In this document: positions 21,027 through 32,200 of the stretch, one piece after another | How the letters are laid out: every line of letters starts with the position of its first letter | How positions within the stretch are numbered: the first letter of the stretch is position 1 | Source of the DNA: Guillardia theta CCMP2712 | Taxonomy: Eukaryota; Protista; Cryptophyta | Length of the DNA stretch: 64,000 nucleotides | Direction of reading: 5' to 3' | Assembly (NCBI RefSeq): GCF_000315625.1 | Contig: NW_005434670.1 | Span: forward strand, 1,070,258-1,134,257 | Program-made: the position numbers and the translations under genes | Notes under the pieces: generated by a model | Seen by the model: the letters and a program-made list of their open reading frames with translations, nothing else | Told to the model about the DNA's origin: nothing | Databases searched by the model: none

Positions 21027-23835
21027 TCAAAGTTTCAACTCCATGATCTTCACTGCAGGCCTTCTCGTCGTATCATATACATGCAGGGAATAGCCCTCGC
21101 TCCCGTCAGGAGGGAAGCGAGATGCCGCGCAACCAGCCCTCGGGTAGCGGATCGAGGCCTTCTGTCTTCGCCAAGATGTAGACCCTCCTGCATTGAACGT
21201 GTCATCCTGTCTGAATAGAAGCAGCACAACAAAGGTGAACTTGTAGTGACCTCGGAGAGTCCGACATAACGGCAGCAAGGTTGTATTGCGTTAGAACCTC
21301 TCGGAATTGAGCTGCGCGAGAAGAAATGCGTCAGTGAGAAGGAGATCACGGGGGCTCCTATCACCGAGAGATCGTGTGCTTTGACTTGGGGAGGTCAGCG
21401 ATGTGCGCATGTACCCGTCAAGCGATTGGAGATTGAATTGCGACATGGACGAAAATTTCTGGAGAATGTCCTGCCCGCACTCTTGACAATGCGCTTCCAA
21501 GAGAGCAAGAACAGACCTTGAGCGCTTCAGTGAAGGGCATGAGGCGAATGGCTGTGATCGATTCCTCCCACTCCAGCATGTGCGACTGGCCGAGCCGTCA
21601 GAGTAGAAATGGGAGAGGGAGAATCTACTGTGTTGATGCAGTCTGGAGATGACGTGGCAACGGCACTGAAGGCAAGGACCTGTCAAGTGTTCAACAACAG
21701 ATCTTCATGATATTCTGAGCTAACCTGTCGCCACCAAGTCTTGCTGACTTCAATTTTGTAAAGTGACAGGAGTTCTTCACAGATAGAGGTGGTGAAGGCA
21801 CAGATGACTTGTCCTTGCCAAAGGGTGATGCCGGACGAGTTCTGCTGCTGTTGGACGAAACCTGAGTGCAAGGGATTGAGTTCAACTTCTTCTTTTGGGC
21901 AGCAAGAACCTTCAAAACTTCGTGTCTGTGAATCCGCAACCTCCATCTCTATATCCCCGACTGTGCTTGAATTTTCAACTTTGGCTTTCAGCGTCCCGAG
22001 CAAGGAGCATTCCTTCTGGAACAACTGCCGCTGTGTGCCTTCAGTCACCCTTCTCTCTTGCCTTTGAAGGTATCGAAGGAGATTCACTTCAGCAAATTGC
22101 TTCAGCTGCAGCCTCCGAACTTGTATGCATGTTTCGTACAGGGCATCCTGCTTAGTGACGTTGGTAGGATGTGAGAGCATCTCTGCGTCAAGACAAGCGG
22201 AGCTCATTGCTGTCTTGAAGTTGGAATACACGTAGGGCTCGACCCGGATGGGACGGGAAGAGGAAGAAAGCAGAAAAAGCTCTTCGCCCATGATCGCTAG
22301 CACTTGGCTGGCGGTCGAGTGCCTGGAAAATTGGACGATCCCGTAGCCGAGAGATCGCCCGTTGTGGTCACAGGCGATTCTTGCCCGGCAGACTTCACCG
22401 AATTGAGAGAAACAATCTTTTAGTTGCTTCGAGTTGATGCCTCTGTCCAGCTCCCCAACCCAGAGAAGCCCATCCTTGACGAATCGCCTCACCACCAGAG
22501 TTCCTATCGGGACTTCAGGCGCCTCGTTGAGTAGCCGAAGAGCTCGGTAGCAGCTGGCCAGGTCACTGAACCTGATTGCAGCGAACGTGTGGCCCTTCCT
22601 TGACATGTGTAGGTCCACCCGCTCTACCGTCCCCTCCCCACAGGCCTCCAGCACGTCTTTGAGAGTCTCTTCCGACACATTCGGGCGGAATCCTGTCACA
22701 TAAATCGTCCTCACAATCTCGTTCGCCCTCCCCACAACCGAGCTTGGCTCTAGTCCGAGGAGGGAGTCCCTGCGTCCATCACTTCGCACACTCTTCAGGA
22801 GTAGAAGTCTTTCCTTGAAGTGCTTTAGGGCCAGTCTCCGGCGTTGCTCACAGTGCATGCATGTAAGTTCCTCCCACCTGGTCCCAAGGTCCGATTCTAG
22901 CGACCCCTTGAGTGCAAAGTGATCCGACTTCGCGTGCTCTGCCTTGGGTGAGAGGACGAAGCGCGGCTCTGCCTGCTCTGCTGGGGCAAACGGCTGCAGC
23001 AGGATCGGCCAGAAGCTGCCCAAACAGACAAACTGACACTTCGACAGGTACAAGACCTCTCGCGCGACCTCATCGCTGTCGTAGGATGCCACCGCCCAGC
23101 CCTTCCGCTCTCCTCCTCCGACATCATCGGGCAGCCAAACGTCACGAGGCTCAACATAGAGCATGCTCAGCGCTCTCTTAACGTCCTCCTTCGCCGCTTC
23201 CCTGGTGATCTCGCCTACCCAGACAAGTCCTTGATAGACTGCTGGACGGACTGTCAGCTGAATCCTCACGACTCCGTCGTTGCCCTGGCCATCGTGGAAG
23301 ACCAGCAGCTCGGAGTTATCGAGCTGGAAGCAAGACTGGGGAGAAACGAATCAGATCCGACCAAAATGCCAAGATGAGCAAACCTCGTACGCGATCTGAT
23401 ACGCATTCAGCTCTTCATTCGATGAGACCTGAAAGTTTCAGGGATCAGCTCTGCCATGCTCTGCTGTTTTCAGGAGAATATGATTGACCTGGGAGGATTT
23501 GAACCGGACATACACCAAGACAGAAGAGCATCTCGTGACTTCGCAATGCCTGCGTCAAGAGGATCATGGAACCGCAGGAGCAACCGACGTGAAGATACTC
23601 GATGACGTCATCGCCGTACAATGAAGAAATCTTGGACGCCAAGTACGACACATGCCCCTCCGCCCTGATGGTGCGGGAAGTTACGATTGGTTGTGGAGTT
23701 TGATGTGACCCACGTGATTCCGCTCACCACGATGGTTCTTGAGAGGTCATGGAAGGAGTTGGAGAGGAACCAGGAAGGGTAGACTTGCTCCGCACCCTTC
23801 CCCTGCTCCGCCATCTGCGACAGAGAGGTAGCCAT
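21027..23835 (-). CDS. Multi-RRM RNA-binding protein with two tandem DBHS-like (RRM-RRM-NOPS-coiled coil) modules (3' end approximate)
   Basis: RNP motifs IYVTGF/TFAAIRF and LWVGEL/LGYGIVQF; DBHS-type RRM2 tail FLLSSSSRPIRVEP; NOPS-like HFALKGSLESDLGTRWEEL; internal duplication SRTIVVSGI/VRTIYVTGF and GLVWVGEI/GLLWVGEL. Confidence 0.8.
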
Positions 23836-23882
23836 CTGCGACAGCACCTCTCCCCTCTACCTACCCGCTGACGAGAGTCACG

Positions 23883-24335
23883 GCATTGCCGGCCTGGGAA
23901 CTTTCAAAAGTTTCTGGGGACTCAACTCAGTTGAAAAATCAGCCTCTGAAGTTCCGGGGCCCCGGCGGGCGCCGGGCCGGGCCGAAGTTCCGAACTTCGG
24001 AAGCCAACCGTGAACTTCAAGTCACGAGTCCCCCGCTGCCGGCGGCCGCGCAAGCCAGTGGCCCGGGCGAAGGCAGACGGTAAGACCGTACGGTACAGTC
24101 ACGGTAGCCAAGTTTTTTCACAAGGCTGACTCCGCGCGGAAGTTGATCACGGTTCTCAGGTTGTACTGTGTACGGTAGTATCAGCCGGGCCGCCGGCAGA
24201 ACTCGGAAGCTTTAGTAAGCCAAGTTAAAAATCATGGCACGGTACCGTGGACAATCATGGCGATCACTGGGCTCTCAGGACTCGGAGCCAGTGGCCTCGG
24301 ACCTGCGCGGCGGCGGCCCGGTAACGCCGGGTCAA
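23883..24335. promoter_or_regulatory. GC/CCGG-rich island immediately upstream of the DBHS-like gene
   Basis: CCGG, GGCCG, GAACTTC/GAAGTTC, CACGGT and CGTACG words; begins ~50 bp from the ATG at 23835. Function inferred. Confidence 0.35.
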
Positions 24336-25170
24336 CCGCAAAAAGCAAATCGAGCGCTACAAGTGTCGGATCTGAGATTCGAACTCAGGTTGCCACGGCC
24401 ACAACGTGGAGTACTGACCGCTATACGAATCCGACATTGTATGTGATATAGTGCCTTACGCCTCATGGCCGAAGATGCTGAATGCAGAGATGATGCGCCT
24501 CTTGCTCAGCTTCTACTTGCTCTTCCTCTATGCTCCCTCCATGCTCCCTCCTCCTCCTCCTCCTCCCCTCCTCCTCCTCTCTTGCTTCATGTCATTACTT
24601 CCATCCTAGCTTACTGCCGATGCCCAACCCTGATTCTCCCTTCCGCATCCTCCAAACCGCTGGCCCATACCTTGTTCCTGCCATCCCTTAACCTTCTTGT
24701 GCTGATTTCCTCCCTCCTCCTGCTGTCGTTGCTTTTTTTCAGCTTGTTCTTTACCCTTACCTTGAGACAGGATCGACTAGGTGCAGAGAGGGCACGACTG
24801 CGTCGCTTCACTTGTTTGCTTTCCTCGACTTCCGACATTCATGGATAACATTAGGATTCGTCGTTATCATGTTCATTCTTGTGGGAAAGTCTCTACAGTT
24901 ACAATGTCGCTGCAATGATCAACGCAACGTGGCATTAGACGTTCGTTGCATGTTCCTTTCCTCCATACTGATGGAATAGCTTGGTGTTGGTCTTCAATTT
25001 CACCCAGCTCGACGTTGTGGCCGATTAACAGAATTCTTCTTGTTTCCTCCTTCCTAACTAGCTCTTGTCCAGCCTTTCCTTTCTGAACATCTTTGACTAG
25101 TCCTCCCTCTCTCTCGCTACCTCCTTCCTCTGCCGTGTTAATCTCTTTCTTGTCTCGCCTCATCCCATCC

Positions 25171-25528
25171 CGTCTCATCTACTCTCATCTCATCTACTCT
25201 CATCTCATCCCGTCTCATCTCGTCTACTCTCATCCCTTCTACTCTCATCTCGTCTACTCTCATCTCATCCCGTCTCATCTAATCTACTCACATCTCATCT
25301 ACCCCCATCTCATCTACCCTCATCTCATCTACCCCCATCTCATCTACCCTCATCTCATCTACCCTCATCTCATCTACCCTCATCTCATCTACCCTCATCT
25401 CATCTACCCTCATCTCATCTACCCTCATCTCATCTACCCCCATCTCATCTACTCTCATCTCGTCTACTCACATCTCATCTACCCCCATCTCATCTACTCT
25501 CATCTCATCTACTCTCATCTCATCTACT
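25171..25528. repeat. 15-bp minisatellite (CATCTCATCTACYCN), ~24 copies
   Basis: Visible tandem array with a homogeneous core and degenerate left edge; no unique spacers. Confidence 0.95.
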
Positions 25529-26230
25529 TGAACTTTCATCTCGTCTCGTCTCGTCCTCAAGGCTGCTCTTGGCTTGAGCACCCCCTGATGCGGGGAGGCG
25601 GGCTTGAAATTTAGGTTCTCGCATACCCCTACTAACGATAAATAAAAGAGGGGTAGGGGTACACATCACCAAGAGCCACCATGCGTTTCGCTATCGTTCC
25701 AATCATCTTCGCCCGCAACAGCAACGGAGGTAGATCGAATGAACACCATACTTCCATGCTAGCATCATTCTTGCTGTCTTGCTCTGCCTGCTTGCTCTGT
25801 GTTACCTTCTAAGCCTATTGTTCAGTGCCCTCACCATCTACTTTGTCTGTCTGCTGAATTTTGTTTGCGTTGGTTTGGCATAGTTTCATCTGTCTCTTCA
25901 CTGACTTATCAGTCTTTTTGCGTTTTTACTCCTCTTCTTACATTGTTTATCTTTTCTAATCCGAAAATGTTTTCTTTTTGCTGTCGCCATGTATCTGAGG
26001 CTACTATAAGACTTTTCTGTGATTTTAGTATTTCGAGAACTAGGGGCCCGATGCAAGTATGAATGTACAATCATGAATATCTGAGGGTGTGTATGCATGT
26101 TAGTGTGGGGGCATCAGTAGACGCTCAGGTTGGCAGGTTAGTTCGAGTGTTGAAAGTTCGAGTGTTGAAAGCAAACAAGAGGGGAGGTCGATCGTAAAAC
26201 AAACTTCACTGCTCCGCTAACAAGAGCGCA

Positions 26231-29200
26231 TCAGCCCCCATGCTCGGATTCCTTGGAGGAGCCGGCATCAACGGAGGTCAGGGAAACTCTGACTCTATCT
26301 ACGGGTCCTCCGATGACCACGACATGTGAGAACCGGAACAGACTTGCTACGTCTTGTCTCACGTTCGCACTATGGCAGGTTTGGAGTTTCCGGCCCTGGA
26401 TGGTATGGTCCAGGAAACGGAGAAGAGCCTGGCGATCTTTGGGTGAGAGAGAGGGGGAAAGAAGTTCACGGTGACTGACAGTCGGTACAGAATCCCGCGG
26501 TCGCGAGAAGGTACAACTTGTACTAGAGTCGAGGGTTTTCCTGTATAGCATGACAATAAAGTGAAGGGGGTTGACATATGTCGGTCACACGGACAATGAT
26601 GTTGGAGCCTGTTCTCTTCAATGGTTCGATAGACCAGCGCGTAAATTACATGAAAGTAGGGGGTGTGGCAAAGAGCTTATGGACAGCGAGAGAACAGCCA
26701 ATTTCCGAGTGAGAGGGGGTGAGGAAGAATAAGGGAGAGGGCAGGAGGATAATCGGAAGCCTCCGACTAGTTGTTGTGCCCAGCCAGGGCAAGCAAGCGG
26801 AGGCATCGCAGAGAAGTCCTTCGTCTTGATCACTGGAAAGAATGATGAGTCACCCCTTAAGACAACAGCGCATCGTCACTCACTCCTTCCTCGTGGTCGG
26901 ATCCGGCAATGGCCTCGTCCGAGGCCTGTCGCTACCAGTCAGCTCACAGGAAGTTGAAACAGCTGCATTTCTCTCACCGAGTCAGAAATCTGTTCATCGT
27001 TCTCAAAGCGAACAAGCCTGTTCCCGCTGTTCAGCAGGTCCATGTCGTCTAGAGGCGGGTAATCCGAGGAATTGTTCTCCACGTTGCCGAAGTCGATGTT
27101 GCGCCTCGAGAGGTCCATGCCATCTCGCCATTGGGCCATCACGTCAACGTCCACACTAACCACGGAGCCATCCGGCAAAAGCTTCTGCCATGTTGCAATC
27201 GGCGGCGGGAAACGAGAGCCGTTGGAATTTCTCGGTAGAGTTCTGTACAAAGTTGTCGTGGTATCCGGCGTTCCACGACTGATCCGATTCAATTCCCAAA
27301 CATCCTGTTCTCTGGCATCTGAATTGACGACTTTCTGTGAATAAGAGGTCAGTCATAACAATGCAAAAGATCAGTAAACTTCATACCTTGACTATCTCAT
27401 AACACGCATTCTGTTCGGGTTTGCGATAGTTCAGTTGAGATTGATCAACATAGCGCATTGGAACGGCAGAGTCCATCACGAACACTTCACGTGGACCATC
27501 CCCAGCCATGCAAGGCGTGACGTACAAATCCGTCGGGAGATGCAGGTTTTGCACATTGATCAGCGCCTCAAGAACGGCATTGAGCAAGGTCTCGAAGTCA
27601 TATGTGTCTGGAACGAGCATTGTCAACTGCGCGTTGGTAGTCGGATTCTCTGTTGACAAACTGATTGCAAGTTGTTTTAGACGAGCTTGGTGCTCTTCCA
27701 ACAAGCCTCGAAATTCTGGTCTCTTTGCAGCAAGTATAAAGACCTGCGAAAGTCGATTCTGAAAATGATTGCTTCGCTTGGATTGGATGGAGTCGAAGAT
27801 AATATTCAACAAACGATCCCTGTTCCTCTTCATTTCAAGTACTAGGCTTTCAACACCTAGCTTCTGACAATCGTACACCAACAATTCCTTCAATACCAAA
27901 CAGCTCTGAGACTGCAAACATCTGGAGTTCATGTCTGCACCATCCTTCTCAATGATCTCCAAGAGCTTATTTGTCATGTCGTACAGAATCGCTGCGTTAC
28001 TGTCTTTCTTCATCATCTCTATGCATAAAACAAGCAGCAAGGAAGAGTGGTTTCCAATAGCACCAGCCATAGGATCCGATGTGCACAACTTGATCAGAAG
28101 AGGCTGCAAGGAGACAGCCATCATCTGTTTCGTAAGACTAGGCAGACTATTGACTGTGTGCCGCGTGAGCAAGTTATTCACGCTTCGGAGTAACGAATCT
28201 GATAGCAACCGCAACGGTATCCATTGCACAGATGGTCCTAAGCAGATCGAGTTCTTGTGCTACAACAGAGTCAGCAAATAGAAAGAAATCAGATTCATCC
28301 ATACCTGCACAGATTTGGAGGTCGGGGTATGCAATAAGAATACATTTAGGAAGTAAGCGATGAAGTCCCTATGAACCATCAAGTCGATCAGATCTTGATT
28401 TTCCGACGTCAGGGTGAGCAATACTGTTCCGAACTGTGGCAGCACCTGCCAATTATGTGCAATCATTGGCAGTATGTCCTTGATCGAAGCCAGTAGCTCT
28501 TCAATTATGCCAAAGTTTTTCTTGTCTGTAGTCAAAACGGATACGGCCGTAGCTAACAATTGACAGTAGCTCAGTCTCACGTCTTCTATTGGGCACGAGA
28601 TACATGCACTTTCAAGCCAACATGGCAATTTGTCTGGACCTTCATCTTTTTCAATGGAAGCTCTTAATAAGAAGATGCAGGCTTCCACATGCTTCTGAAG
28701 CAGCCGTTTCAGCGTGGTGCTCCAATCTTGCTGTCCAGGTTGGCACCGCGAAAGAGACATGCGATTATGCACTTCTGAATGCAGCACAGACTTATAAAAT
28801 ACGTTGATCGCCATTTCCAGAATCTTAGGGAATATCTTGCCCATTTTGTCGAGAGCTAGGATAAAATTCAAGACAAAACTGTTAAATTCATCATCAAAGA
28901 ACAACGATCTCCTGAGCATCTGTTCGTTTGTATCCAAAATCTCGTCTATACCTGCAAGTGCAGTCTCGCTACCACTGGAGCTTATGGAATCCAGGTTGAG
29001 ATCCTCCATTCCAGCATCAGAAACAGAATCAGGGGTGGCGACGTCAACGTCATTCATGAAATCAGTACTGCCCTTTTCCTTCACCGGCGTTTCAAGACAG
29101 GTGCCTTCAATTCTTTGGTAGAACAGCATATAGGCACTAGCGCTTTTCTCTGTCTTGTATACACAATTCGTCCATTTGTTCACTGTGGTCTGTATGCCTC

Positions 29201-32200
29201 CAAAGCATTCACTTTCAAGCTCGGCAAGATCAAATTCTGATACTTGGTCGTCATCCAATTTGAGCCATTTGCCAGACACAGGATCCTTTGCAAACGAATA
29301 ATAATGTCCGAAACTAAATTGTCCACTATGTACTACGATTCCTTTCAGCTCATAGAGCAGATGCTCTCCGCTATTTGTACTCTTGCTCGAATTCTGATCA
29401 ACCTTCCCTTCGTCAACTTCACTTGTATTGTCCATGCAGATGTCTTCATCTCCCTCGACATCCTGAGCTTTGGGAGGTTGAGTATATGGGGCCAAATCAA
29501 GAGTTAAGGGAAAGGCTAGTCTATCATTCAACTTCACAAACCCATTTCCTTGAAATTGAAATCTGTTTAGCTGCACACACAGAGTCTCTGGCATATTTTC
29601 GCCATCCAAAAAGAGGGTTCGTCGCATCGCTCGTTTGATGGCTCCTTCATGCGTAGTTCCATTTCTGAATGCTTCAGCTTGCGCTGCAATGGTACATTTC
29701 TCACAATCTACCCTGCTGTCGCCTGTCATTAATTCACCAGCCAAAGCATCTTCGATAGCCCTTTCCAAGGTACCCATTCGTTCAACATTCACCTTGAACG
29801 ATTTCTCGAAAACTCCAGGATTTATAGGCTTGGTATGAGGACACTCGACAGAAACTAATTGACTGCAAACCCGCACGCGGAAGCATGACTTCAGACACTC
29901 AGAGTGTTCCTTGCCCCCGACCTGTTCGATCACTTCAGAAAAAGATTGTAATCAAGAAAAAATTCTAACCTCTCGTTCGAGCCTTTCGAGGAGTTTATCC
30001 AAAAACTCAGACGAGTCATTCTGTGATGTAACACGAAAGTGAAGTCCAAGGTCTCTGCATGCTTCAACAAGCTGGATAGGATCGAAAGACTGCAATTCAC
30101 TGTCCACCATAAAGCGGAACGTTCTTTGAAGCTGCCTGAGCAATTCTCCATGAGGAACAGGATCAACCTTCTCAGGACGCTCGCCCTGTTCGCAAATGAC
30201 GCAGATTCTGTTATTCCAGTCATTCTCCAATGTACAAATCTGGCACTTCCAAAGTTCTTCAGCTTTCTCGGGAGGGGCGGGCGCAAGGGGAGCGGTAAGT
30301 ATACATTTTCTCAAATCATCATCGAGAAATAATTGTTGTATCATCGCATTCATGTAGCAGGTTGCTCCCTGATTCTTAAGGCCCACACATGCCAGCTTTC
30401 TCCTTTCCACTGTTGCCCTGTGTTCCCAGTCCTCCTTCAAGACAGAATTTAATCGATTCCAATATATCTTGACTGGGATTCTTGTGCTTGAAGCGAAGTC
30501 ATTGATCATGTCTGCAAGCCCAGTGATGTAGTTCGGAGCATACTTTGTAACACAAATAAGAAGCAATTGCCATGCTGCTTCTCTCGTTTCTGTTGTTTCA
30601 CACAAAGGTGCAACTTGTAACCAAGAATTTTGACCAAGAGTTGCTTTTCTTGTCATCATTTTCATCGCATTACCCACTCTTTTTGAGCAGGGGACTCTCA
30701 TCAAAAAATCATTGTAGAGCTTGGGAACTAATTTTTCTGCAAGACTTTTGAGTTCTACATTAGTTGTCATTTCTGGCCTTTGCATCACGTTATGAAGGAG
30801 ATTCATCAGTTCATCCATCATTTGGTTACAAATAGACAGTCGATCCGCCACTAAAAGCATGTTGGTTGCAAGTTGACAGGCAGTCTGCATCCTCTTGACT
30901 GGCTCGTTCAAGGTGTCTTGGGCCAAAAAAAACTTAGTCAACAGGGCAAAAAATTGCTTGCAGGTCCCACTGTCCCGATTAGCAGCATTGACACATTCAG
31001 TCATCAAATCAACTAATTGGCTTGCCCACTCCTTGGATGTCTTAGCACTTGAAAGCAGGAAACTAGAATAAGCTGCTCGTATAGAAGAATCAGAGTGGTG
31101 CATGACAATCTTGTTCACAATTATGCCCGCATTGGAAGACATCTTACTGCCTTCTTGCAATCCTGAGTCAGTTAAAGACAAATGAGATAGCTCTGCTGAA
31201 GATTTAGGTTCAAAGAACTTCAAGGCATGATCCTTTGCTTCCTTTTGAAGACTAGAGCTAAATATCAGCGCCTCAAGGATTGTTGCACCATCTAGCAGAG
31301 CATCTAGAATCTTTTGTGTCATCTCAAGACGGTTGATAAGAATAATCATATCGCAGGTCAGACTGGTTACACGATTTAGAATTGGGAGGACAGACCCGTT
31401 GCTCAATACACTCTTTCCACTGCAACATAGGCGTAGCACACGAAGAATGATAGGAATTCCAATCAAGCGAAGCATTTTTGCTTGATTTTCTCCATGATCC
31501 TGAGCTTTCTGCAACTTTAGCACAGTTTCCATCAGATCGACCAATGCACTGAAACCTCCAGCATTGAGAAATTCAGAACACCAAGCAGGATCTTCCAACT
31601 CGGATTCAATTATTTGTAAAACGTAAAGAGATCGCCACATGTTACCATGCGAAGATAATACTTCACCCCAGTGCCCTTTATATTTGATAACTTTCTGTTC
31701 TTCTTCTCTCTGGGAGGGCAAAATCTGCAAAACTTCCCAAAGTATCATGTGCAGTTTTTGCAAGTGTGCATCACCCATGATTTCAAACAATAAATTGAAA
31801 AAAGAAACGTTCTCCGCAAGAGTAACTCCAATGTTTCCAAACAATATTTCTGGCAAACAATAAACTTGATTTTCAATTTTGAGGTCTGCTCCATCAGTTA
31901 TATTCAACTCTTCGAATGTTGTTTGCGGCCCTCGAACAATACTTTGGCCGTTATGAATAACCAATACTTGTGGGTTGTTTGGTGCAATTTTCGAGTTGAT
32001 CACCTTGAAAACGATCTCATCAAAATTTTCTCTACTCCCCACTTGAATTGTCCTACTTGTATAGGTAACAGATGATTTGTACATTTCCTCTCGATTGCTT
32101 CGCACATGAAAACAGATAGAGATCGGTTTCCCTTTGCCGCGATATCCGTGAGAGCGTTGTGTAGCGTATTGAATATAGGAGAAAACATTGTCACATATGC

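Noticed and set aside
25171-25528. CRISPR-like array or (HLIYP)n protein (ORF 25093-25614)
   Set aside because: Contiguous tandem units with no spacers, eukaryotic context and no cas genes; the ORF is a by-product of the repeat.
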